Source: Escherichia coli
GTDB lineage: Bacteria; Pseudomonadota; Gammaproteobacteria; Enterobacterales; Enterobacteriaceae
Length of the DNA stretch: 24,000 nucleotides
Strand: one strand, 5' to 3'
Assembly (NCBI RefSeq): GCF_013340825.1
Contig: NZ_AP023205.1
Below, in pieces: positions 11,278 through 21,379 of this stretch. The notes under the pieces were generated by a model. That model was not told the origin of the DNA. It ran no database searches and saw only the letters and a list, made by a program, of their open reading frames with translations. Position 1 is the first letter of the stretch, and each line of letters starts with the position of its first letter. Position numbers and translations under genes: made by a program.

Positions 11278-12726
11278 TTAAAGACCGATGCACATATATT
11301 TGATTTCTAAGTAATCTTCGATGCCATACTTCGAACCTTCACGACCCAGACCCGAGGCTTTAATGCCGCCGAACGGGGCCACTTCATTGGAAATGATGCC
11401 GGTATTGATGCCGACGATGCCGTACTCCAGCGCTTCGCCCACGCGGAAGACGCGGCTTAAATCACGGGCGTAGAAATAGGCGGCAAGGCCAAACTCGGTG
11501 TCATTGGCTTGCGCAATCACATCGGCTTCATCTTTAAAACGGAACAGTGGGGCGAGGGGGCCGAACGTCTCTTCTTTCGACACTTTGGCGTTGGCTGGAA
11601 CGTCCACCAGAATGGTCGGCTGGAAGAAGTTGCCGCCGCGTTCATCCGCTTTACCGCCGCAAACCACACGCGCACCTTTCTCCAGCGCATCGGCAATATG
11701 CTCTTCCACTTTTGCTACCGCTTTTTCATCGATCAGCGGCCCGATGGTGACGCCTTTATCCAGCCCGTCGCCGATGTGCAGTTTGCTCACCGCCTGCTGT
11801 AATTTTTCGGCAAAGCGGTCATACACGCCGTCCTGCACGTATAAACGGTTGGCGCAGACGCAGGTTTGCCCGGCGTTGCGGAATTTCGAGGCCAGTGCGC
11901 CTTCCACGGCTTTGTCGAGATCGGCATCATCAAAGACGATAAACGGCGCGTTGCCGCCCAGCTCCAGCGACACTTTCTTGATGTCTTTCGCGCACTGTTC
12001 CATTAACTGGCGGCCAATTTCGGTCGAACCGGTAAACGACAGTTTGCGCACCAGCGGGTTGCTGGTCAGTTCGTTACCCACCGCGCCCGCCGAACCGGTG
12101 ACCACGTTAAATACGCCAGCCGGAATGCCCGCGCGAATCGCCAGCTCCGCCAGCGCCAGCGCAGAGAACGGCGTCTGACTGGCGGGTTTCAGCACCATCG
12201 TGCAGCCTGCCGCCAGCGCCGGACCGGCTTTACGGGTAATCATCGCCGCCGGGAAGTTCCACGGCGTGATGGCGGCGGTAACGCCAATCGGCTGCTTGAT
12301 AACAATCAGGCGCTTATCGGCCTGATGACCGGGAATGGTGTCGCCATAAATGCGTTTGCCTTCTTCGGCAAACCACTCAATAAAGGAAGCGGCGTAGCTG
12401 ATTTCGCCTTTCGCTTCAGCCAGCGGTTTACCCTGTTCGAGGGTCATCAGGCGCGCTAAATCGTCCTGATGCTCCATCATCAAATTGAACCAGTTGCGCA
12501 GAATGGTGGCGCGTTCTTTGGCGGTGAGCGCGCGCCAGGCTGGCAGGGCGCGGTTGGCGGCGTCGATAGCGGCGCGGGTTTCATCCGCGCCCATTTTCGG
12601 CACGCTACCCAGCTTGTCGCCGTTCGCCGGATTGGTGACGTCGATGACCTCGCCATTGTTGGCGTCCAGCCATTCCCCGTTAATCAACGCCTGCTGGCGG
12701 AATAAGTTACTGTCGTTAAGTTTCAT
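11278..12726 (-). CDS. gabD: Succinate-semialdehyde dehydrogenase GabD (482 aa)
   Basis: MKLNDSNLFRQQALINGEWLDANNGEVIDVTNPANG... with ALDH motifs (FTGSTEIG, VSLELGGNAPF, FRNAGQTCVC). Confidence 0.97.
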   Translation of the reverse strand: MKLNDSNLFRQQALINGEWLDANNGEVIDVTNPANGDKLGSVPKMGADETRAAIDAANRALPAWRALTAKERATILRNWFNLMMEHQDDLARLMTLEQGKPLAEAKGEISYAASFIEWFAEEGKRIYGDTIPGHQADKRLIVIKQPIGVTAAITPWNFPAAMITRKAGPALAAGCTMVLKPASQTPFSALALAELAIRAGIPAGVFNVVTGSAGAVGNELTSNPLVRKLSFTGSTEIGRQLMEQCAKDIKKVSLELGGNAPFIVFDDADLDKAVEGALASKFRNAGQTCVCANRLYVQDGVYDRFAEKLQQAVSKLHIGDGLDKGVTIGPLIDEKAVAKVEEHIADALEKGARVVCGGKADERGGNFFQPTILVDVPANAKVSKEETFGPLAPLFRFKDEADVIAQANDTEFGLAAYFYARDLSRVFRVGEALEYGIVGINTGIISNEVAPFGGIKASGLGREGSKYGIEDYLEIKYMCIGL

Positions 12727-12748
12727 TGTTACGTCCTGTTTTCAAAGG

Positions 12749-14017
12749 TTATTGATTAAATGCGGCGTGTAAGGCATCCACACTACGTGCCGCTCGCAGC
12801 GTGCGTCCGGGGTTACTCTGGCTTGCCAACAGCGTTTGTACCTTGCTGACAATATGCGCACCAATAGGAATTGCTGATGTCGCTGCCGGGGAGGGCGCAT
12901 TGCAGGTGTGGATCGTGCGCGGGGTGGTGACAAACAGAAAATCGTCAATCAGCTTGCCGTCCGGCGATACCGCCTGCGCCCGCACACCGGCGGGCCAGGG
13001 CTGGAGATCGCTTAACGAAAGCCGGGGACAATACTTTTGCACCAGCCGCAGATAGCCGCTTTTGCACAGCGAGTTTTTCATCTCGCCCAGTCCTGAGCGT
13101 AGATGGTTTTGCAGCACCCGGCGAATCCCCGACGAGCCCAAAATTTCCAGCGTGTCGCTAAATGAGAAGTCGCGCTTGCGATAGCCTTCACGTTTGAAAG
13201 CCAGCACCGCGTTTGGCCCGACGGTCACGCTGCCGTCGATCATGCGGGTGAGATGCACGCCCAAAAACGGCATTGCCGGGTCGGGGATGGGGTAAATCAG
13301 GTGGTTAACAATCTGGTTATGCTCCGGCGCAAGGCGGAAATACTCGCCACGGAACGGGCAGATGATAAAGCCCGGTTCGAGTCCGAGCATTTTCACCAGC
13401 CGGTCAGCCATCAGCCCGGAACAGCTAATCAGCGTCGATGTTTCATATTCACCGCCCTGACTGGTACGTATCACCACGCCGTTTTTATGCTCATTAAGGG
13501 CGCTGACTTCGGCGTTATAAATAATCTCGCCGCCTCTGTCCTGAAAGATTTTTGCCATCGCCGCTGTCACTTCGCGGTAGCTGACAATGCCGCTGGACGG
13601 CACAAAAATACCGCCGAGCCCGGTGATATTCGGTTCGCGCTCGCGCAGTTCGTCGGCGTTTAGCCATTCGCGCTCGATACCGTTCGCCGCTGTGCGTTCC
13701 CATAAGGCGCGCATCCGTTCCATTTCGAGCGGAGACGTGGCGACCAGCATCTTGCCGCAGTTGTCAAAGCGAATGCCGTTTTGATCGCAAAAGGCTTTAG
13801 TGGCGCGGTTTCCCGCCAGGCAAAACTGTGCCTTCAGGCTACCGGGCGTGTAATAGACCCCGGCATGGATCACGCCGCTGTTGTGGCCCGTCTGGTGACA
13901 GGCCGGGCCGGACTCTTTTTCCAGCAACGCAATGCGGGCATCCGGATAGACATCAATCAGTTGCATGGCGGTCGACATGCCGATGATGCCGCCGCCAATA
14001 ATCACAAAATCATACAT
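12749..14017 (-). CDS. lhgO: L-2-hydroxyglutarate dehydrogenase/oxidase LhgO (YgaF, 422 aa)
   Basis: MYDFVIIGGGIIGMSTAMQLIDVYPDARIALLEKESGPACHQTGHNSGVIHAGVYY..., FAD oxidoreductase. ORF opens at 14083. Confidence 0.95.
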   Translation of the reverse strand: MYDFVIIGGGIIGMSTAMQLIDVYPDARIALLEKESGPACHQTGHNSGVIHAGVYYTPGSLKAQFCLAGNRATKAFCDQNGIRFDNCGKMLVATSPLEMERMRALWERTAANGIEREWLNADELREREPNITGLGGIFVPSSGIVSYREVTAAMAKIFQDRGGEIIYNAEVSALNEHKNGVVIRTSQGGEYETSTLISCSGLMADRLVKMLGLEPGFIICPFRGEYFRLAPEHNQIVNHLIYPIPDPAMPFLGVHLTRMIDGSVTVGPNAVLAFKREGYRKRDFSFSDTLEILGSSGIRRVLQNHLRSGLGEMKNSLCKSGYLRLVQKYCPRLSLSDLQPWPAGVRAQAVSPDGKLIDDFLFVTTPRTIHTCNAPSPAATSAIPIGAHIVSKVQTLLASQSNPGRTLRAARSVDALHAAFNQ

Positions 14018-14036
14018 CCGCTCAATTCCTTTGCGC

Positions 14037-15128
<1,092 letters not shown>

Positions 15129-15132
15129 TTAT

Positions 15133-15149
15133 TGTGATCAAAAGCAACA
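15133..15149 (-). promoter_or_regulatory. Candidate CRP site in the csiD promoter region
   Basis: tgtgatcaaaagcaaca, one good TGTGA half-site and a degenerate second half, upstream of csiD, which is known to be sigma-S and cAMP-CRP dependent. Confidence 0.5.
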
Positions 15150-15311
15150 AATTAGTAACATTTAACGTAGGGTATTAAGGCAAAGTGAGACAGGAAATGA
15201 ATAACTAAAGCAACAGGTTAGGGGGAGTTAACATTAGAGAACAGATTATCTGGTCGATAAAAAACAGTAAATGGCTTCACTGCAAAATGACCGTTAGTAA
15301 ACTAAACATAT

Positions 15312-15339
15312 TATCTGCCCCGTTTTATCGGGGCAGATA
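15312..15339. terminator. Perfect hairpin, possibly the terminator of the ygaQ-like remnant
   Basis: tatctgcccc-gttttatc-ggggcagata, a 10-bp perfect stem just downstream (minus strand) of the ORF ending at 15350; no strong T tract. Confidence 0.45.
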
Positions 15340-15349
15340 TAACATTAAA

Positions 15350-16457
15350 TTATAAATAGAGATAGTTCGGCGGTTCTCCTGTTTTCCCTAAAAGAAGAGC
15401 GCTACGCCCAGGAATATTGATATTTAGAGTTCCGCCTCTAAGCGTAAATACTTTACCAGGGGGGATAATTTTTCGGGTATTATTAATAATAATGTTAACG
15501 CTATTACTCCCCATGTTTTTGTATATTCCAGGTTGCAATTTGTTAGGCCAGGTACCTTCAACTTCTTCGTTTCCTTTATTTATTATAACTAGTCCATCAT
15601 GAGGAGAGTGATTAATGTTCACAGAATCCCCACGACTAAAGGCCAGAACGTTTTTAGTTGCAGATACACCCTCAAATGCGCTCCATATTCCTGCTTTATC
15701 TATATATAATGCGTGGAATTCATTGTAGAGCTGCTGATAGGTAGAGCAACCTTTATTAAGCTACGCCTCACCGCCGACACGCGTGGACCCATCATAATTT
15801 TTAATTTCAGTCGTTGATTTTAATACTTGGCCATCCCAGTAAACTAAAGGCCTGCTGAACGGCAGAGCGGCTATATATGCCATTGCTAATTGTTCATCTT
15901 GTTGATGGTTAAATAGAAAGTCATTGAAAAGATTACCATTGTTAGGAAAATCGTGGTTAATGTTAATCAATATCCGTCTTTCTGATGGGATACTTGAGAT
16001 TGTGGAACCCGGTTTTGATGCAAGGGTTTGAAGATCTCCACCAAATGAAAAGGCTTTTATCGTTTTCATGAGCAATGAAAAATCAATGGCGCTTAAATCA
16101 TCTCTTTCATAAAGCAGTGATGACATTTGTTGTTCATCCAACTGACAAGTTACCAGATATTCCATGTAATTCATAACGGCTTTTTTATGATATTTTGGGT
16201 TAAATAAGTTAGTATTGTGTAACCGCTCATTATAATTTTTAAGCGGTGGGGTTATTGATCTTTCTATTTGTTCATGTTTTGAGTGTTTTGCCGCATCATA
16301 ACGTAAACCTCGTACGCCATATTTTCGCATTTCACGAACGTATTGATTTTGCAACATAATAACCTGGTCACTTTTGGGTGTTGTTTTAGGCATTCCATTT
16401 AAACGCTTTTCTTTTAATGCATGGAGGTTTTCCCATTCATCCTTAGAGATGTTATCT
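15350..16457 (-). pseudogene. ygaQ: Remnant of a GH13 alpha-amylase-like gene (ygaQ-like): 5' part missing at the IS3 edge and one in-frame TAG
   Basis: Two track ORFs (15761..16393 and 15350..15622) lie in the same minus-strand frame, separated by TAG at 15763-15761 and 46 open codons. Reading upstream of ATG 16393 stays open to the IS3 boundary (DNISKDEWENLHALKEKRLNG-MPKTTPKSDQ...). GH13-like motifs: YGVRGLRYDAAKH (region II-like), ININHDFPNNG (NHD region-like), C-terminal beta domain GLVIINKGN...LQPGIYKN. Gene symbol inferred mainly from position next to csiD. Confidence 0.75.
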
Positions 16458-16522
16458 TGATCTTACCCAGCAATAGTGGACACGCGGCTAAGTGAGTAAA
16501 CTCTCAGTCAGAGGTGACTCAC

Positions 16523-16822
16523 ATGACAAAAACAGTATCAACCAGTAAAAAACCCCGTAAACAGCATTCGCCTGAATTTCGCAGTGAAGCCCTGAAGCTT
16601 GCTGAACGCATCGGTGTTACTGCCGCAGCCCGTGAACTCAGCCTGTATGAATCACAGCTCTACAACTGGCGCAGTAAACAGCAAAATCAGCAGACGTCTT
16701 CTGAACGTGAACTGGAGATGTCTACCGAGATTGCACGTCTCAAACGCCAGCTGGCAGAACGGGATGAAGAGCTGGCTATCCTCCAAAAGGCCGCGACATA
16801 CTTCGCGAAGCGCCTGAAATGA
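16523..16822 (+). CDS. insE: IS3 transposase OrfA / InsE (99 aa)
   Basis: [54 protein letters not shown]..., helix-turn-helix OrfA. Confidence 0.95.
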   Translation: MTKTVSTSKKPRKQHSPEFRSEALKLAERIGVTAAARELSLYESQLYNWRSKQQNQQTSSERELEMSTEIARLKRQLAERDEELAILQKAATYFAKRLK

Positions 16823-17685
16823 AGTATGTCTTTATTGAAAAACATCAGGCTGAGTTCAGCATCAAAGCAATGTGCCGCGTGCTCCGGGTGGCCCGCAGCG
16901 GCTGGTATACGTGGTGTCAGCGGCGGACAAGGATAAGCACGCGTCAGCAGTTCCGCCAACACTGCGACAGCGTTGTCCTCGCGGCTTTTACCCGGTCAAA
17001 ACAGCGTTACGGTGCCCCACGCCTGACGGATGAACTGCGTGCTCAGGGTTACCCCTTTAACGTAAAAACCGTGGCGGCAAGCCTGCGCCGTCAGGGACTG
17101 AGGGCAAAGGCCTCCCGGAAGTTCAGCCCGGTCTGCTACCGCGCACACGGTCTGCCTGTGTCAGAAAATCTGTTGGAGCAGGATTTTTACGCCAGTGGCC
17201 CGAACCAGAAGTGGGCAGGAGACATCACGTACTTACGTACAGATGAAGGCTGGCTGTATCTGGCAGTGGTCATTGACCTGTGGTCACGTGCCGTTATTGG
17301 CTGGTCAATGTCGCCACGCATGACGGCGCAACTGGCCTGCGATGCCCTGCAGATGGCGCTGTGGCGGCGTAAGAGGCCCCGGAACGTTATCGTTCACACG
17401 GACCGTGGAGGCCAGTACTGTTCAGCAGATTATCAGGCGCAACTGAAGCGGCATAATCTGCGTGGAAGTATGAGCGCAAAAGGTTGCTGCTACGATAATG
17501 CCTGCGTGGAAAGCTTCTTTCATTCGCTGAAAGTGGAATGTATCCATGGAGAACACTTTATCAGCCGGGAAATAATGCGGGCAACGGTGTTTAATTATAT
17601 CGAATGTGATTACAATCGGTGGCGGCGGCACAGTTGGTGTGGCGGCCTCAGTCCGGAACAATTTGAAAACAAGAACCTCGCTTAG
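16819..17685 (+). CDS. insF: IS3 transposase OrfB / InsF (288 aa, DDE integrase-type)
   Basis: [32 protein letters not shown]... with rve core [33 protein letters not shown]. Overlaps insE by ATGA, as expected for OrfA/OrfB coupling or frameshift. Confidence 0.95.
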   Translation: MKYVFIEKHQAEFSIKAMCRVLRVARSGWYTWCQRRTRISTRQQFRQHCDSVVLAAFTRSKQRYGAPRLTDELRAQGYPFNVKTVAASLRRQGLRAKASRKFSPVCYRAHGLPVSENLLEQDFYASGPNQKWAGDITYLRTDEGWLYLAVVIDLWSRAVIGWSMSPRMTAQLACDALQMALWRRKRPRNVIVHTDRGGQYCSADYQAQLKRHNLRGSMSAKGCCYDNACVESFFHSLKVECIHGEHFISREIMRATVFNYIECDYNRWRRHSWCGGLSPEQFENKNLA

Positions 17686-17836
17686 GCCTGTGTCCATATT
17701 ACGTGGGTAGGATCACGCAGGGGTCGGCCCATTTGAGCTTCAGATAGGAACGTTTGAATTCCTTTCACAAAATACATCACATACTGAACGTGAACATTCC
17801 CACTTTGATCTTAAGGCCAAAAAGTATGCAGGACTA

Positions 17837-19555
17837 ATGATTTTTAGGGATAGCTTGAGAGTATTACCTTATGGTCGAGTAGATAATGATTTCTTCCAGA
17901 TAGAAGAAAGACGTTCATGGAATGCAGGGCGATATTATTGGTCTAATAGAAGGATTTTTGGTTATATTGGAATTACTCAATCCAGTAATAAAGAGCTGAA
18001 AGATAAGTCGGGGAGAGAGGGATTCATAAGAAACCAGGCTGCAAGAGAACTGAAAACTATTATATCTAATTTGTTAACTGAACTTGCTGATAGATTTTTT
18101 GGTTCACGTTCTGATGACCGTAAAGAGCTTTTAGAACAAGTTAAGCGTGAAAAAGAGTTAAGAAAATCTGCTCAACAACAAGCTCGAAAATCAACACAAA
18201 AAAGTTTTTCAGAAGCTTTGAAGAATCAGACACCAGTTCTTGATGCTTCCTTGGAGGCTGTTAAAAGGCTGAAAACTAAGCTTGATAAAACTGATGGTTC
18301 GTTAGATTTAAACTATCTTAAAATTATAGACAGTGATCTTACAAACTTAGATGCGTTGCGCAGTGAAATTAAAACGCCTATCAAACCTCCAAAACTTGGA
18401 ATGTATGAAGAGAAATATAGAGACTACAGAGATAAATTTAATGAGTTCTCTGCGTATATTCTACAAATGAAGTTAGCAATTAATAAACTTGATTCTGAAT
18501 TAAATAAACTTGAGCCTTCATTGTCAGCGAAAAATCACCTTGAAAAAAATCAAGGTATTATTAATTCTAAACTAACTAAGTTTAATAACACGATAGAGGA
18601 GAAGATACATTCTCTTTTAAAAAAATGGGCCGATGAAATAAAGGTTGATCGAAGTGATTATTATGCTAAAACTATATCAGTTGTTGATTCAATAGATAAT
18701 GATTCACAAATTGAAAATGTGTTTAATTTGCTCGATAGTTTATATGTTGAGTCAGTTGATACCCTAACTTTCAAATATCAATCAATAATAAAAGGTCTCG
18801 ATAGATTATTTGAAGGTATAAACTTAGATTCAGCATTCTCATTATCTGAAGAAGAACGCTCATATTTTGAAGAAAAAGCTAAAAGTTTAAACGCGCTTGC
18901 ACAGTTAGGTATTAGTGTTGAGATAATATCTCATGAACTTGAAGAAATGGATTCTATGGTAACCAGAGGACTAAACTCTCTTCCTACTTCTGTAAAAGAA
19001 CACCCTGGTTTTTCATTGGCGTTAAATGCTCACAGATCGCTTACTCAACAAATACGTTTCTTATCACCTTTGAAAATATCAGGTTATCAATCCAGGCAGA
19101 GAATAACTGGAAAAAATATCATGGATTATGTCCTGAAGTTCTTTGGGGAGCGTTTCGAACGGCAACGAATAACTATTGAATTTAGTGAAGAGTTTAAGCA
19201 AATCGCAATAACAGATATACCATCAAGGATCTATCCTGTTTTTACTAATATTATCAACAATGCAATGTATTGGGTCAGTCTGTCAAATAATAGGCTCATA
19301 AAGATTGGTTTTGTGAATTCTTTGGTTATCATAGCAAATTCTGGTCCGGCAATTGATACCGATGATATCCCGCGACTATTTGAACTATTTTATAGCAAAA
19401 GAGCAAATGGACATGGGGTAGGTCTGTATCTATGTCGAGAAAACCTTGCTGTTGCACATCATAAAATATGGTATTCAGAACCTGATGAAGGCGATAACTA
19501 TTTAATAAAAGATGGCGCTAATTTTGTGATCCAGTTCAATGGAGTGGAGTTCTAA
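17837..19555 (+). CDS. 5'-truncated GHKL ATPase / histidine-kinase-like protein. Residual frame is open from ~17711 at the IS3 edge; first ATG is 17837 (572 aa).
   Basis: In-frame coding continues upstream of ATG 17837 to the IS3 junction: AGVGPFELQIGTFEFLSQNTSHTEREHSHFDLKAKKYAGL-MIFRDSLRVLPYGRVDNDFFQIEERRS...GREGFIRN. This resembles the segment after the ATP-binding domain in MutL/Hsp90/MORC-like proteins. The C-terminus has a histidine-kinase architecture: H-box-like LAQLGISVEIISHELEEMD, N-box-like FTNIINNAMYWV, G1-like IIANSGPAID, F-box-like IPRLFELFYSKR, G2-like GHGVGLYLCRENL. Central region is coiled-coil-like. Confidence 0.8.
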   Translation: MIFRDSLRVLPYGRVDNDFFQIEERRSWNAGRYYWSNRRIFGYIGITQSSNKELKDKSGREGFIRNQAARELKTIISNLLTELADRFFGSRSDDRKELLEQVKREKELRKSAQQQARKSTQKSFSEALKNQTPVLDASLEAVKRLKTKLDKTDGSLDLNYLKIIDSDLTNLDALRSEIKTPIKPPKLGMYEEKYRDYRDKFNEFSAYILQMKLAINKLDSELNKLEPSLSAKNHLEKNQGIINSKLTKFNNTIEEKIHSLLKKWADEIKVDRSDYYAKTISVVDSIDNDSQIENVFNLLDSLYVESVDTLTFKYQSIIKGLDRLFEGINLDSAFSLSEEERSYFEEKAKSLNALAQLGISVEIISHELEEMDSMVTRGLNSLPTSVKEHPGFSLALNAHRSLTQQIRFLSPLKISGYQSRQRITGKNIMDYVLKFFGERFERQRITIEFSEEFKQIAITDIPSRIYPVFTNIINNAMYWVSLSNNRLIKIGFVNSLVIIANSGPAIDTDDIPRLFELFYSKRANGHGVGLYLCRENLAVAHHKIWYSEPDEGDNYLIKDGANFVIQFNGVEF

Positions 19556-19556
19556 T

Positions 19557-21308
19557 ATGACAGTGGCAAATTATAATTCTCTTGTCCAGAAAACTTTCTG
19601 CGAAAATGCAATTCGTTCCGTTGTCATGATTGATGACGATTTTCTGACGTATTCTGAATCAATCAGGGCGTTGAATAACGAAGTTGATTTAGACTACAAC
19701 AAAATTGACTCATCTAAACGAGCCGCTACTCTTGAGAGCTTTTTTCAATCTAAAAATATGATTTGTGATGTTGACAATGGTTCTGTTAATTTCGATGTGG
19801 ATCGGATTAGAAAATCAGATCTTATTATTGTAGATTATCATCTTGATAATAATGCACCTGATAAAACACTTAAACTATTACAAGATTTGAAAGACTCCGA
19901 TCATTTAAATATGATTGTAATATATACTAGAGAGAATTTAGAAACGGTTTGGATGCAGATATCATCGACTCTCAAAGGTGCTCTGGATATCAACAGCTTG
20001 ATCATTGACTACGATAATGAAGATGTCCAAAGTTATTGGGAAGACGTTGTATTACCGAACTTAAATGATAATGGTAATAAAGCTCTCACAAGAGATGAAA
20101 CAATAGCCTATATTAAAGACAGTAAGCCTTGTAGAAGAATTAAAAGATTAATACATGATGATGCTGTGTTGGAGGATCAAAAGGATAAAAACTTCATTGC
20201 AAAAATGATTGCAGAATATGCTGTGTCTAGAAATGCAATTATTTCTAGCAACACATCTGGCAATGTCATTCGGGGTGATGAAAGCGGAGTAAAATGGATT
20301 CAATGTGGTAATATCTTTGTCTCCCTATTTCATAAGGTTCAAGATGATCATGAAAACGATGGAGATAGGATTTGGCAAACTCTCAATGATTCTCTCATTG
20401 AATGGAAACCATCTTATTATCAGTTAATAAAATCTGAAATTCAGAATGCAATCGAAGCTGAGGCTTTATCTTTTGTAAATCATTTGGCTAACGATCATTA
20501 CGGTCAAGCTGCGTGGTTAAATGAGATATTAAAATCAGACTCGCCTGATATTAGATGTAGAAATATTGACTTTGTATTTGGTAATTTATCAGAAGAGCTT
20601 TATCAAAGACTTAAAAATAATAATACGCTGGATGAATTTATCAAAAGTGTTTTTGATAGCTATTCAAATGAATACGCTAACAGCGGAGTTGCTGCATTGC
20701 TCCAATATTGCTCTTCAAAAATGGATCTGCCATCAAATAATGATACTTATCACGAAATGTATCATGCTTTAAATATGAATTTGTCTTCAAAGAATTTTGA
20801 AGATGGTCATATTTCTACTGGCACTATTTTCTTTGATACAGAGTCGAACAAATGGTATTTATGTGTATCTGCGGCATGTGATTTGGTTCCTACTCAGTGT
20901 AACGACCCTCACCATGTAAGATTAAGTCCGCACAGGCTCATTAAAGTTCTGGAGCTTTTTAACGCCAGTCAGAGTAAAGCATTGCCATTTGCTGAACATT
21001 CGAAATATATATATGTAATGCATAAAAATCAAAGAAAATATCTCTCTATTTTCGAAGGGGATAAAACGCTTCCTGTTGTTGATTATATGGTGGTGTTGAA
21101 TCATGGAACAACAGTTGATGGCGAAGAAAAAAATATTATTTCTGCCGTGTTTTTAAGTAATATGGATGGCAACGTGCAAAATGTTCCTGTCCGACTCAAA
21201 CTTAAATCTCAACTGAGAACTGGTTATGCAGAAAGATATCAGGCTATAGCGTCTCAGTATAGCTCAAGGATTGGTGTGGATTATTATGTATCAATGATGC
21301 TACCATAA
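19557..21308 (+). CDS. Receiver-domain (response-regulator-like) protein with a large uncharacterised C-terminal region (583 aa from ATG 19557; ORF opens at 19539)
   Basis: MTVANYNSLVQKTFCENAIRSVVMIDDDFLTYSE... with acidic pocket IDDD, putative phosphoacceptor DLIIVDYHLD and VIYTRE. Begins 1 nt after the preceding stop, behind an SD-like ggag. Confidence 0.8.
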   Translation: MTVANYNSLVQKTFCENAIRSVVMIDDDFLTYSESIRALNNEVDLDYNKIDSSKRAATLESFFQSKNMICDVDNGSVNFDVDRIRKSDLIIVDYHLDNNAPDKTLKLLQDLKDSDHLNMIVIYTRENLETVWMQISSTLKGALDINSLIIDYDNEDVQSYWEDVVLPNLNDNGNKALTRDETIAYIKDSKPCRRIKRLIHDDAVLEDQKDKNFIAKMIAEYAVSRNAIISSNTSGNVIRGDESGVKWIQCGNIFVSLFHKVQDDHENDGDRIWQTLNDSLIEWKPSYYQLIKSEIQNAIEAEALSFVNHLANDHYGQAAWLNEILKSDSPDIRCRNIDFVFGNLSEELYQRLKNNNTLDEFIKSVFDSYSNEYANSGVAALLQYCSSKMDLPSNNDTYHEMYHALNMNLSSKNFEDGHISTGTIFFDTESNKWYLCVSAACDLVPTQCNDPHHVRLSPHRLIKVLELFNASQSKALPFAEHSKYIYVMHKNQRKYLSIFEGDKTLPVVDYMVVLNHGTTVDGEEKNIISAVFLSNMDGNVQNVPVRLKLKSQLRTGYAERYQAIASQYSSRIGVDYYVSMMLP

Positions 21309-21320
21309 TTATTATATTTT

Positions 21321-21348
21321 AGGCGTGGTGATTTTTTTTCGCCATGCC
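21321..21348 (+). terminator. Terminator-like hairpin after the two-gene operon
   Basis: aggcgtggtg-attttttt-cgccatgcct, 10-bp stem with G:U pairs, followed by an AT-rich stretch (attttatattt), 12 bp after the stop at 21308. Confidence 0.5.
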
Positions 21349-21379
21349 TATTTTATATTTATCATCACAATGATGTTGT

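Larger units (their letters stand above)
16458..17715 (+). mobile_element. Insertion sequence IS3, full length 1258 bp
   Basis: Left end tgatcttacccagcaatagtggacacgcggctaagtgag, right end cttaggcctgtgtccatattacgtgggtaggatca (inverted). Length 1258 bp matches IS3 and both transposase ORFs are intact. Confidence 0.96.

Noticed and set aside
10701-12705. Several large + strand ORFs (e.g. 10701..11246, 11498..12178, 12469..12705) over gabT/gabD
   Set aside because: Composition-driven antisense ORFs opposite well-supported enzymes.
15761-15763. Possible programmed amber readthrough or Pyl/Sec-like recoding in the amylase-like gene
   Set aside because: The gene also lacks its 5' end at the IS3 edge, amber recoding is not expected in E. 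coli, and no recoding element was apparent. Simple pseudogenisation is more likely.
17716-17836. Possible second att copy or promoter region directly right of IS3
   Set aside because: It does not resemble the ssrA 3' repeat, and it is an open, protein-like extension of the downstream ORF, so it is best read as truncated coding sequence.
20566-20772. 68-aa out-of-frame + strand ORF inside the receiver-protein gene
   Set aside because: Fully nested in a longer well-supported ORF, with no independent evidence.
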